Below the pieces are notes generated by a model. That model had not been told where the DNA came from, ran no database searches, and saw only the letters and a program-made list of their open reading frames with translations. A stretch of 62,842 bases of DNA, counting the filler, from Rhabdomonas costata (Eukaryota), in the NCBI GenBank assembly GCA_019059605.1. It is 27 parts of 27 records of this genome, joined end to end, with 100 filler letters (N's around TTAATTAATTAA, not from the genome) between each part and the next. Parts side by side here need not be neighbours in the genome. Positions count along the whole stretch, not along the records: positions 9,337 to 11,570 come from JAHMHO010004658.1; positions 11,671 to 13,894 come from JAHMHO010004659.1; positions 13,995 to 16,227 come from JAHMHO010004660.1; positions 16,328 to 18,560 come from JAHMHO010004661.1; positions 18,661 to 20,894 come from JAHMHO010004662.1; positions 20,995 to 23,226 come from JAHMHO010004663.1; positions 23,327 to 25,558 come from JAHMHO010004664.1; 20 more parts are not named here. One strand, given 5' to 3'. The first letter of the stretch is position 1; each line of letters starts with the position of its first letter. Shown one piece after another: positions 11,461 through 23,813 of this stretch. The translations under genes were made by a program, and so were the position numbers.

Positions 11461-12221
11461 AAAAATGCACAATAATAAAGCTGATGAATGGCTATTAAAT
11501 GATATGTTCGCATCAAAAGTTGATTCAATAACAAGAAATATCATACACAAATATTCTGTCAACCCACACANNNNNNNNNNNNNNNNNNNNNNNNNNNNNN
11601 NNNNNNNNNNNNNNTTAATTAATTAANNNNNNNNNNNNNNNNNNNNNNNNNNNNNNNNNNNNNNNNNNNNAGGCTGGGGAGAGGGGGAAAGTGATATCGG
11701 TCACCAGTAGTAAAAGAAAACTGACCTAAGCTGACTTTAATTAACGCGAAATTAACGCGAAGAGGGTAAGATGCCTTCGAAATGACTCCGTTTTAGTGCA
11801 AGGGGGTTAACTCAAATTTACCATTGCTCCATAGACGCTTAGCAGCTCAAAAAGTCTGCTGGCTACGAGCTAGCCAATGGGCGGACGAGAAGGACAGCAT
11901 TAGCTTAGAGGCAAAGGCCAGTCCGCGGTCGGAGCGGGTTGCTGGGGTGGAAACGTGACCTGAGGGGGATTGTTACTTGTGGTGACAGTTATCACCTCCA
12001 ACTTTATGTGCACCGCGGACCCCCTGGGCGCGCTTTGCTGACCAGGGAACGTCAGTCTGCCGCAGGGGGGGGGGCAGTGAACAGAAAAACGGTGCACCAG
12101 AACTTTGGAGAGTTGCACAAAAACCATCGGCACACCACGGATGTGAGGTCCACTCATCCAGCGCGTCATGAGCTCAACATCTACAGGCACAAACATCAAG
12201 AGAGAGAGAGAGAGCGTCGAC

Positions 12222-12733
12222 CTCGGAGGTCTGGGCCAGAGTCCGCAGCTGGGCCACGGAAAGGGTGTGCAAGGTGTGGAGCTCCGGGGTGTCCTTGAAG
12301 TGGTTGATCCATCCGAACGAGGCCCCCGTCGCCCCGCCCGGGGAGACTCCTGCACCCCATGCACAGATAACCCGTAGCGGAGGTGGTGCATTGTGAGGTG
12401 TAGTGTGGTTTGTGTGACAACAGCGTTCAGAAAAATCCGATGGAGTCATCTCACAGAGGAAAGAAGAAGAAGAAGAAGAAGTAGCAGAAGAAGCATAGGC
12501 AGCTGAAAGGCACCCGAGGCCTTGGGAAAGGTGTGCTATCAACCAGTGCGAGCGAAAAGCAAACGGGGTTAACCAACGTTCACCCATAGGATAGTTTGCA
12601 GCCTTTGCCACCCACCCTCACCTGGGAGGCGGTCGATCACGGTGATCTTCTCAAATGCCCCGCGGAGGCGTGAGGCGTAGAAGGCGATGGAGGCGCCGAC
12701 AACCCCGCGGCCCACCACTGCCAGCCTAACCAT
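12222..12733 (-). CDS. FAD-dependent oxidoreductase (DAO/glycine oxidase family), first two exons (12622-12733, 12222-12349)
   Basis: MVRLAVVGRGVVGASIAFY...ITVIDR (Rossmann GxGxxG) spliced in phase to GVSPGGATGASFGWIN, typical of DAO-family N-termini. Confidence 0.85.
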
Positions 12734-13997
12734 TTTCCCTCTCCTTCGCGGGACGCAGAACCACCGATTCGGAGAAGAGAATAGAGGACGACAGAGAGGA
12801 AGAGAAGAGGAAAAGCTTGCAATATAAAGAACCTGCGAGGGGACACACCACATTTTCCCTTGGTGCTTCCACAGCTGGAAATGCAAAATGCAGCATGGGG
12901 GAAATAGATACTTCAGCTTCGTCTGCAGCGAAGGCTTCAGAACTCCTTTCCTCCCCTGCGCAGAAATAACAGCATCGCTCTTTGATTCTTGGAATCTGTC
13001 AGTGCGCCCCTCATCCCTCCCCAACGCACATACGTCACGAGGCGCGTGAGGATGGCACGGTTGTATTCCTATACCTTTGACAAACCCGGGGGGGGGGCCT
13101 CTTGCCTATCTTGTTCTTCTCCTTTCGTCAACATTAGCCCATTAGACCGTTTAACATCCTCCCATCTATCCCTTCACTGCCTGAGATGCTCGAAAACTAA
13201 CCTCCGCGCTAGTCCCTAGCCCCTCACTTTCAAAGCAGGGCACCTTTATAAGAGCACCGTTCCTGCCAGACCAGCGCTCAGATAGGAACAGAAGCAGCGA
13301 CGACTGGAGGCCAGCCAGTGAACATAGACTTCACCTCCAGTGCGTCTGTATGTATGCGTGTGGGGTACAGTACCCGTGTCTGTGGTAATGCTCTCCTTGT
13401 GGGTAAGGATTTCGTGCGAGCGCTTTCACCGAAAGGCCTCAGCCGGACACTATGTACATCGCAAAAGACGGCACACGGGCTGTGAGGATTGCAGCGGAGA
13501 AGGGACCCACACAACCCCGCAAAAAGCACCGATGGGCAACACAAAACACAGGCAAACAACCGCCCACACATGCACAGCGATGAAGGGACAGCGCCCAGAG
13601 CGCCCAGACAGGAAGGTAGAGGCGTTTAAGGGCGCTGTCCCAACCTCAGTTGGCAGTTGAGAGAGGACACACAAAAAAGAGACGGCACCAGAAAAAGGAT
13701 GGATAAAACGGAGGCAGGTCCAAAAAACTCAGACTCAGAGATGAAAAAGAAGACCAAACCACTGGCAGGGCCAGCCCCGCGCGAACTGCGGGGAGCTGGG
13801 CGGACGCCCCCCAGGGCTTGGCGAGGTTCTCTATATCGTGAGCTAATCTCTAAAAGGCAAAAGTGCACGGCAGTCACAGAACTAACACCACCACNNNNNN
13901 NNNNNNNNNNNNNNNNNNNNNNNNNNNNNNNNNNNNNNTTAATTAATTAANNNNNNNNNNNNNNNNNNNNNNNNNNNNNNNNNNNNNNNNNNNNGGG

Positions 13998-14110
13998 TTG
14001 TGGGTACAATGCTGAATTCGAAGCTACTGTATTAAACCGCGAAAAAAATGTGGAGGACATTTCCCTCGCGGTTTAATACAGTAGCTTCGAATTCAGCATT
14101 GTATCCACAA
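13998..14110. repeat. Near-perfect inverted repeat (45-bp arms, 23-nt spacer)
   Basis: 14005-14042 is the exact reverse complement of 14066-14103 and extends 7 bp further with one mismatch. Confidence 0.9.
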
Positions 14111-14891
14111 AGACCTCCAATAAAACGAAGCTCAAGAGCCACGGGAAGGCACGAATAATCCATTTTTCGAAGCCGCAACTGAACAGTCGACCGCGGGAAA
14201 AAGTTTCGCCACTGCAACTCAAGAGAAACCTCGCGCAGGTGACAATGACACAGTCGCCTACGTCGGGCTTTGCAAAGGTTGTCCCTTCTTCCTCCGAAAA
14301 ACACTCTTGAAAACACATAAATCATCGTGAGCGAGCACCAGGTACGTTGAACAACTTTGTCACCTCGAATAGTCATCCGATAGAACCCAAAACCGTTATA
14401 AATGATGAAAACCAAACGAATACCCAACTAACAACCCAAATACAGAAGAACAGCCGGGGGGGTGGGGGCTCCAACGCTGCAACACACAATAGAAGAAAAC
14501 AGATGTGCATGAAAGGTCTGCACCAAAGTAAAGAGTCATGCGCCCCATTCCTCCGTTCCCTCTTCTCATGGAGTGGGCAACGAGCAGTAGTCGAGTCCCA
14601 GCCCAGCAAAAAAAATCCCACATCACAAACAAAGCATCCAGTTTCCTACTTTCACCCTACATCAAAAATGACTTACCCACATCGAATCTAAAAAAAAAAC
14701 AGGACGGAATATATGGGCAGCAGCAGAGTTTCTTTTCTGCGAGAAAAACCAATCGAAAAAACCAGACACTCCACGCTAAATTGCTTTCAGGGAAAGCACA
14801 AAATCCGCTGGCTATGAGAAAATTCCAAGCTCCCAACCCGAAGAAAGCACCATCTCTCACCAGCAAGCGAAGAAATGCACTTTTTCGCTCA

Positions 14892-15999
14892 CTAAACGTG
14901 TTTCGAAGCGTCGAGCTTCATAGGTGCTGGAGCGGTGATGACGTAGTATGTCTTGGGTTCTGGGAAGCCGTTGAAGCGCGTGGTGAGGCACATGGTGTAC
15001 GCTCCAAACATGCGAAAGTACAACCAGTCGTCGATGAAGAGCTCAGGCATAAACAATTCCTTGCTTATGGTGTCCTGACTGAGGCAACGCACAAACAAAA
15101 GCAAAAAAAAACGTTCGATTAAATGAAAACAGGGTGTGGTGTGAAAAAACATAATCAGGATCGTCACCATTTCACTCACCATGAAGTGAGCCAAAGGGAG
15201 AAAGAAAAGAGTCGAGGGCCAAACCGATGCAGTCATGGATTCAACTCTTCCCAGCTTCCAATGCTCCGCACAATGTTGGCGCATTTTGGATGGAGGGTGC
15301 GGTAAAAAGAATCTAAGAGAATTGAACCATTGGACTTCATCCTTTGCTGAGAAAATGCTGGTGGGGATGTTGACAGCAAGCATTTAAAAAACACGCAGAG
15401 CATGCATGTTCGCTTTCAAAATTGGCAGATGTGGCAAGCGCCCCAACTAGCATATCCAAGGGACACAGAAGGCGTTCCAAAACCTGTCGCACGTGGGCCC
15501 AAACAGCGTGCAGGGCAACCATTTGCTGGGGTCTGCCACGTTGGGGTTGCTGGAGAACAAAATCTGTGTGTGTGTGCATGTGCACATGTTGGGTAAAGCG
15601 CGAAGTTGCGTGAGTGCTTGTAGGGGTCCCATTTGTCTGTTAAAGCCCAGTAACGGCGATTTCAAAAAACAGCAAAAAAAAAAAAGCAAAAACCGTTCAG
15701 TTGTGCTAAACGCGTAACGCCCCTCCCCCGAAAAATACAATTTTTGCCACTGTACACGGTTATGGTATGCAACCAACAAAACGTTACACGTTGTCATACG
15801 GTGTTGCATGCTTCCCTCGGGACCTTACAGCCATACACGCTTCAGAGGTACAAAGAAATGAAACAAGCATTTAAAAGCACGTGGTTTCACAAACATACAC
15901 ACAAACCCTGGGAATGGGGTGAACATGGTCCGTGAGAGCGTTGTTCATGGATCCATAGACCCCGTCGGACAGGTAGTACTTCCACCCCTTAATCAATCC
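14892..15999 (-). CDS. ODC: Ornithine decarboxylase, C-terminal exons (15907-15999, 15484-15549, 14892-15078; a small extra exon near 15824-15839 is possible)
   Basis: YYLSDGVYGSMNNALTDH ... LFGPTCDS|QD ... DWLYFRMFGAYTMCLTTRFNGF correspond to the ODC motifs YYxNDGVYGSF, GPTCD and GAYT...FNGF. Confidence 0.9.
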
Positions 16000-16327
16000 C
16001 TGCGCAAAAATTAATTATTAATGCATGTGTCACTTTCACGCTGTCACAGAAGGGCAAAGAATCCGCGCGAGCAATTTTTTTCTTCTACTTATCAAGTTCT
16101 TCGCAAAACGAGTAACCTTTAGATGGGAAGCCAATGCAAACGGAAACGCGGATGAGAATGTCTGCATAACAACCTAGAAGTACAGGGGGCAGCAAAGGGG
16201 CCATGTGAGGAAGGGGTAAACAAACACNNNNNNNNNNNNNNNNNNNNNNNNNNNNNNNNNNNNNNNNNNNNTTAATTAATTAANNNNNNNNNNNNNNNNN
16301 NNNNNNNNNNNNNNNNNNNNNNNNNNN

Positions 16328-18317
16328 GGGGGGGGGTGGACTCCCCCGTCAGCAAGGCCTCGCTGGCCAGGCAGGTGCCCCCGAGCAGGAGCACGTCGCA
16401 CGGGGCGCAGCTGCCGTGAGTGGACGGGGTCAGGCACACCACGTCCCGCGGGACCAGCTCCGTGGACAGCACCGTAATCCACTTCTTCACTCGGTACACC
16501 AAAACCTGGTGTGTGAGAGTTTGGTAAGCGCATCGGGCTGGCGGATGCAGAATTGGAGTCTAATAATATCCTTTGGTGACCACTTCTTCGGCCATGTCTG
16601 TATGGTACGTACAGTGTACAGTGGGTCTGTATGGTATGGTTTGTATGTGCCCCGAGTTGGCTGATGCGGCTGGCCTGCGGTTGGTGGTATTGTCACTACT
16701 GCTGTCACTCGGGTTTCCTATTAAGCTGCCACGTCGCGGGAGATGTGTGATATGTGTTGATTTACGGACGCTTCAAAATTACCCGAGCGCTCGCGGGCAG
16801 CCTGCGAACCTTTCCTTGCAAAACGAGAAGTTGCCTCGTACATCCTGTCGAAGTGGTCAACAGAACAAAATAACGAGCTCAGAAGGGTTGCGGTACTAAT
16901 TCGAAAGAACAAGAGGGCTCTGCCTGTGCAGTGATTATATTATTATATACAGTGAATAATTGTTCGTATATGAATACGTAAATATGCGCGTGAATGTGTG
17001 AGAGGTTCCCACCTTGGTGCTGACTGCCTCCATTCCTCGGAGCTCTTTGAGGTTGCGCAGCCGCTGCTTTACAACGGTGCACTCGAATGCCACCAGCATC
17101 AGCCCGGTGACGATGGCATAGTACCAGTACTCATCGAGACACCTGCAATGTAATGGTGGTGGTGCTGGCCGCTGATGGAAAGGAAAGGAAAGTCTATCTT
17201 CAGGACAACGTTCAATTTCTAAAAGTGAGAGCACAGACGCGGAGTGTGGTGCACCACGAAGCACAAAAATGCGCGGAGAGCGGAGGGGCGTGGGAGATGG
17301 GTAACTGCTAAATCTGTGCCTTAAGGCGTGAGCTTAGGCTGTATGACACAGACATTGCCATGGACCAGACGTATGAGACGCGCATGAAACCTAATCTACT
17401 GGAAGAACCAGGCTCGAACCAATGGCTCTGGACACATTTCGTTTTCCTCTCAAGCTTTTTAAAATCTAAAACAAGTCCAACATGGAAATTCCCGGAGGAC
17501 CAACCCACAGTGGAGGCGGTTGCTATGGGAGGGCAAACGAGTGGGCATCGGGAGGAGAGAGGGGAAGCAGCGAGAAAAAACACACCACAGCGCGACGCAG
17601 AACATCTGGAACACAAAAAACGGGGCCGAGGCGTGCTCGCGGAACAGCTCTGTAAACCCGGGAATCGGAATGTGGAACTCATTCCGCCCGTACCGCTGCA
17701 GAGCTTCCTGCACGTCCTCCTCCTAAATGATGGGGCACCACACATAGAGCAGGGGCTCGCCGTCCCGCAATGACCAGAGGAAAGTCAGTTAAGTGATACT
17801 TTGATTCAAGTGAATAAAAAATGGGTGAAAGATCACCTGCTAACAGTAAGGTCTCGTGAAATACAACATCCGCGTTGCAATTACACGTAGCAGGATGGGG
17901 AGCTGATCCCACCACCACCATCATCCTCATCATAATGTGCGGAGCCCTCAACAAACTTAGCTTGGGCATACATGCAAATCATTCAAATAAAATCAGAGCT
18001 GTACGCACAAAGCAGGAAGCATAAAAAGTAGAAGAGCGTGTTTCTCCCCCATACTGTGCATCGGGCACATATGAAATGCACCAGAGCAACAAAACAAGGG
18101 GAGCCAGGGAGCAAGCACGCGCGGGTACCGTGCGGTACCCGTACATCTGCTTGTACTCCTGGAATGGCAGTTTGGTTGGCAGCGGGAGTTTCTCGAAGAC
18201 TCCCCGAGTGGGATCATAGGTATACCGCCGCTCTTGGAACCGGAAGAAGAGGCTTGGTCCAGAAGCATCGCTCCCGCACTGGCCCCTCTCACCTTCCTTG
18301 CGTTCCGCAACAGCGGC
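16328..18317 (-). CDS. ATP13A1: P5A-type ATPase (ATP13A1/Spf1), N-terminal region (exons ~18129-18317, 17586-17722, 17013-17142, <16328-16505)
   Basis: [44 protein letters not shown]...[19 protein letters not shown] and PCDVLLLGG...[10 protein letters not shown] are diagnostic of P5A ATPases. Confidence 0.93.
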
Positions 18318-18790
18318 CTGAATCCACCAACCACAAAAGACGGCCGCATAGCAAGAGAATGGAAAAAAACAGCAGGCAAATTAAGCCAACTCCGGCTGCG
18401 GTGCACTCCAACAAAACGCATCCATAACAGCCATATGTGCGAGCCTTTAGTGTTTACAATGAATAAAGACAAAATACAGGGTGGAGTGAACGAAGCATGT
18501 CCCGCTCAGTGGGTTCAACGTGCCCAGCAGAAGAAAAATGCGACCGACGGCATGCGACGANNNNNNNNNNNNNNNNNNNNNNNNNNNNNNNNNNNNNNNN
18601 NNNNTTAATTAATTAANNNNNNNNNNNNNNNNNNNNNNNNNNNNNNNNNNNNNNNNNNNNGTGGTGGGTGTGTTTGGGGGTTGGGTGCCTTGTGCTCTTC
18701 TCTCAGGCATATGCGTCGCTTTGTTTTGGTGGCTGCATGTGCGAGGGAGAGGACTGGGCGGTATGATGATCTGAATTGCATGCTTCTCAG

Positions 18791-20341
18791 CTGAGGGCGC
18801 GCAATGCCTGCGTGGACCGCACGGGCCAGCGCCGGCAGGCTGGCGAGGAGTGGCTGTACGTGGGCCAGGGCTGCTACCTCCCCGCGGTGGACGAGGAGAT
18901 CATTCGGGTGGTCTCTGCAACGGTGCTTACGGAGACCACTGCGCTGCACCTGGTGGCCCTGCAGACCTTCAAGGACGTCTTCGGTAGGGGGAGTGCCGTC
19001 GTGTTAAGATACATTACCGACGGGATTCGTCATATACGCATACATACGCAGACACACACATACATTTGGATAAGTGCTTAAGTTCTCCGGGATTTTTCGG
19101 GTGATCAGCGGGTAAGGCCGATTAACTTCCCGAGGCAATGTCGTTTCATAACCCTGTCACATTTTTGGTTTCGCCACTTGCAACCCTTGCAACCCTTCGG
19201 CCAGATAGAAGGGCGCCGTAATCTTTGAACCTATGGTCACCAGTAATGGCTGCGTTACCAACAGTTCGGCACGAGTTACGCGCAACGATTTGGTACAGAT
19301 ACTCATTTCTTCTTTGGAGTCCTTCCCCCCTTTTGGCAAAATGCCATTTATTGGCTTTCCTGTTGTTGTGCTATTTTCGTGCAGGAAAGGAGCGGAAGGC
19401 TGGAGAACAGGTGTCACTTCCCCCCGTCTTCCTACTTTTGAACGTGACCGTTTGGCGCTGTGCAGCGCCGGCATCGTGGAATGCCGCTATCGCCTTGAGC
19501 TTAAGGAACGTTTGGGTCAATTCCCACCCCATCCCAAGTTTAAAATTATTCCACGTCTGTCCCAAAGGCCACGGTGGCAGCTCTGGCGCCAGAGAGTGGT
19601 CATGGCATCCAATGGGTATTGGGTGCTTGGCATCAAGTTGGGGTTGGGATCTGTGCAGTGGCTGGTGACGTTCAAAGACACGGAGGCGTATCTGGTAGGC
19701 CCCAGCGAGAAGCAGTGCGGTGTGGTCAACCTGACCGTCCTGGACTGCCGGCAGTTTTGCGTCGTGCTGGACCCATGGAAGGAGGGCCGCCAGATGCTTG
19801 GCCAGAAGGAGGTGTTCACTCGTGCGCAAAGGAATTCAGTGGGTTTTGTCGATAACCTCTGTGTCGGTCGGTTTTAAAGCCTGCACCACGCATACACACA
19901 CACGTGCATCGTGGCCAACAGCGCGGTCGTCCGGCAATATCTAGTCCACTTTTTCACACTTGCGCTTGTACGAATACCGTTCATTGCGGCAGCTAAGTAT
20001 TGTTCGATGTCGAGGACTCCAGCAGAACAGCAGAAGAAGAGTAGGAAAGAGAGAGAGAAGATGAAAGAAGAGGAAAGAGATGATGAATGAAGTGCGAAGA
20101 GAAATGGAATTGGGAGATTGCTGGGTAGGAGGTGCAGTTGATAAAGAAGCCAAGGGGCTGAAGGATGACGAGGAGATGAGCGGTGCTTAGTGTATCTAGT
20201 ATATCTGACCCACTACTGTGCGCAGGTTCGGCGAGGTCGCTGCAGCTTCTTCTTGCAGCCCGGGGAGAGCCTGGAGAACGGCATTCAGCCCGTGTACGTC
20301 CTGACCGCCCAGGAGGCCCTCCTGCTGGCTGCCATTGAGGG
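18791..20341 (+). CDS. MVP: Major vault protein, repeat-domain exons (18791-18983, 19385-19410, 19659-19811, 20226-20341)
   Basis: [22 protein letters not shown]...YLPAVDEE...TALHL...[12 protein letters not shown]...FCVVLDP...[20 protein letters not shown] is colinear with MVP repeats. All junctions are in phase. Confidence 0.95.
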
Positions 20342-21306
20342 GTCCTCTCTCTCATACGCCGTTTCTTTCTGCGCGCATCACATTCGCACAAACGCTATGT
20401 CAGAAGCAGTAAACTGGCGTTACGGACAGTGTCTCATGACAGATTTTTGGGTGGCTAGGTGGCTGAGTGGCAAAGCTTATCAAATGAAAGACATGGGAGG
20501 ATCGTGGAAGTGGGAAAGGGGCTCTGCAGGTTTGAGGTCATACTCCCTAACTTATAGCTTAATAACGTTATCCGTTAAGCTCCCCCCCTAACAGGAAAAA
20601 GAAAGCAAATCCTGCCCTCCTCTGTGGGCTTCGCACTTGTTCGTGAAAATTACTTCCGAAACTTCTCTACTTCTGTTGTTCTTCTGTTGATTTACTTGAA
20701 GAAGGACGAGTTTTCCAGGAACTCACATCAAATTAGGTTCTTGGGAAGGGGGTGGGAATGGTTAGAATGTGGAATCAGGAGAAGTTCCCTCCTCGGCTCT
20801 CCTTCTTCGCACCGATGTGTTTCCTTTTCCCACCTTCCGTCGTTTTCACTTTGTGTTCCAGTGTGCAAATGTTGCGGTATGCCTCCCCAAACCCNNNNNN
20901 NNNNNNNNNNNNNNNNNNNNNNNNNNNNNNNNNNNNNNTTAATTAATTAANNNNNNNNNNNNNNNNNNNNNNNNNNNNNNNNNNNNNNNNNNNNGTGTTT
21001 GCAGTTATTGAGTGACCTTGAGGTGAATGAAGAAAAGCCCTGAAGGTTGCGTGCCAGTCGAACTGCTATTCCAATCCATCAGCGAGCTTTTTTTGGGAGG
21101 TTTTCTCTGCTCAGTAGAAGGGGCGACGGACCGTGTGCACCCCCCACCGTCATGTCTGCGGAAGTAGGTGAGGTGAATCAGGAGCCCGATTTGAGATACC
21201 TCATGTCTCATGCACACGCAGAGTTAGCATTTGTGTAAAAATGTTGGACTGTGCTTGCCGCCTCACCCCATTCTCCGCAACCCCTCTTCCTTGGTTTTTT
21301 CTGCAG

Positions 21307-23151
21307 ATCTCTCAGACACCCCATGCCTGGACTCCCATCTGCAGAACACCTTTGACGTGGCGCAGGACCTGCAGATCGCCCAGAGGGATGCCAACTCCTC
21401 CGCGGCCGCCGTGCTGCCGTTGCTGGAGCCTCTCGTGACCGTTCTGCAGAACCTCTCCCGCGATGCCTCTGAGCTGAGCACCACAGAGTGGGAGCTCCTG
21501 ATCTGGGCTTCTCTGATGAGCATCGACGTGCTGACGAGCTCCACCACGATTCTGGCTCAAAGGACAACCGCGCAGCCCATGGCAGAGGCCTTCCTGGGGA
21601 TCCTCACAAGCCTGACTCAGGTTGGGGGATGAGGTCGGGCGCGATGCTGTGGAATGGGTCTCCCCGCAAAGACTACTTCCTTCCAGATCGCCATACATCC
21701 ATCAATCATAGTCGTTTTCCTTAGATTTTGGACCGACAAGGGTGGGAGGGAGAAGGGCGACTACCCACGCCAAGGTTGCAACCCAGTCATGCCAACCGTG
21801 AAGCCCACGTCTTATGACAATAACTCCATAACTGGCACAATGGGGCCGTGAGTTTGCCTCAGACCCACTCTCTAAGGGAAAGGGTATTCGCGTACGTTGG
21901 GGAGGGGGCAATGAAAACTTGGCGCAAGAGAGGTCCTCCTCTGAAGGAATAGCCCCCGACGCATCATGTGCGGGAGACATTTGTTGCGTCTTCAGAAAGG
22001 CCTGCCTTTTCAATTTGTCATTCTGTTGGTAGGTCGAGGGAGTAGGTAAATGTGCCTGTACACACTCGATGATGTTATTTTGCATAAGGTGATTAGGTGT
22101 ACTGTACCACTGCCCCCTGGGTGACGATTTTGAATTTCTGCCGTTTAACGCACTTTAACGCCCTCTCCACCTCATAATATCGCAACTGCTACTTAACTGG
22201 ACCCTGTGGTGGTGCACTGCGTTTCTAATGGAGCTCTTATGGCTTGGCATGGAATTGTTCGAATTTCCACGCATAGGTCGTTTCCAGTTGACTCGCCCCC
22301 CCTCCCCCTCCACCTGTACCAGGCCGCCGTGGTCACCACATCCCAGAGCACCCTGACCAGCCTGCTGCGACTGGCCGAGGGGGTGGTGCAGGCCTACCAG
22401 GGCAACATCAGCTGCCGGACCATCTCCCAGCAGGTCGTCACTGTCGCCAACTCTGCGGCATTCAGCGCGGCCCGCCCAATGAGCGGGAACCTCACCGCAG
22501 TTGCTCTGCAGGTGTGTAGGTGCGCATTGGGCTGTGGAGTGGGCCTCTGTCTTAGTATGCGGGGGCGGCTTGTGGCGGGTTCAATTCTTTCCTCTCCTCG
22601 CACCCTGGCCCTCTCATTGTCCCCACCACCGCACTTCCACTCACCGAACTATTCATGCCTCGCACATACTCCTCCTGCACACCAACCCCTTCTTAATCGC
22701 TGCCTGTGTCCAGAAACACTGCAGGGTCCATTGCACGCTCACATCATTTGAGTATAGTTTGGATCGGACCCCAGAACACTGGCAGGGGAAAACCACTGAA
22801 GCCCTGCTTTCGACCCAAGCCTTCTGCAGAGGTGCATGCTGAATGGCATTGCTATACCGTATCCTATGAAATACCAGGATGTTGTGGTGGCCAAGGGTTC
22901 AGATGACCCTGTGGAGCAGTCCCACCGCACGCAGACCTTATCGCAGTGTGTTGGCTGTGCGTACTCACCCTTTGGGTGCACAGCTTCAGGAGGTGGTGCG
23001 GCAGCTGAGGGTTGTGATGGTGGAGCTCTACTTGATCGGCGAGAGTGGGTGCCTGGTGAGTCGGACTCAGCTGTGCTCGCTTCGGCTCAGCCGTCCTTCT
23101 AACCCCTTGGCTTCCACGGGCGCACAGCTCAGCAACTTTGCAGCCACACAG
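21307..23151 (+). CDS. Uncharacterised helical S/T/L-rich protein, three exons (21307-21620, 22323-22511, 22984-23151)
   Basis: GC3-rich open blocks flanked by CAG and GT. Composition is loosely like REJ/GAIN regions of polycystin-type receptors, but there is no diagnostic motif. Confidence 0.55.
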
Positions 23152-23716
23152 GTCCCGCACATCTTTGTCGTGACTGCCTCTCGGGGTGCTTTTTTCTTGA
23201 CCCAACCACCCAACCACACCCAACACNNNNNNNNNNNNNNNNNNNNNNNNNNNNNNNNNNNNNNNNNNNNTTAATTAATTAANNNNNNNNNNNNNNNNNN
23301 NNNNNNNNNNNNNNNNNNNNNNNNNNGTGGGGGTGGGGGTCGAGCAAAAGAGCCAGAGTTGTCAGGTTCTTTGCGCCCGTTGTCTCACTCCCACCCAGAT
23401 ATTTTCGTTGTGAAGGAAATAGTAATGCATAGCAATGCACTGAACTGTGTGGCACTCGTGTGTGTGGAACTTGAGCAGTGTTTTCTTCTTTGAGAGCAGA
23501 TCACTTTCCGCCTTTTTGGGCATAGCTTAACGTTGACAGCATTTTTTCATTTTCGTTTTTTCACCTTTGGTGCGCAAGTGTTTTTTCTGGGTCTGTCCCG
23601 CTGGCTATTTCGGGGAAAGACTGGAGTAGATTGAATAGATAGATTTAGACAGGAGGCGGTTGAGGCACTATATTTTGATCAGTAGGCGGTTGGGGTGGGG
23701 GGTTGGTGTTCTGCAG

Positions 23717-23813
23717 GCGGGGTCAAAGGTGCCTATTCGGGAGTCTCTCCGCCGCAGTGCTGAATATGCCCAGGTCATGCTCAAGCGGGACCGCGCAGCG
23801 GCAAACATCAGTG
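23717..23813 (+). CDS. Isolated putative exon of an unknown gene
   Basis: ttctgcag acceptor, open frame AGSKVPIRESLRRSAEYAQVMLKRDRAAANIS, GTAATA donor. Confidence 0.35.

Noticed and set aside
15820-15910. Nonconventional euglenid-type intron in ODC
   Set aside because: The phase mismatch can be solved with an alternative GT donor and a small AG/GT-bounded exon, so there is no need for non-canonical borders.
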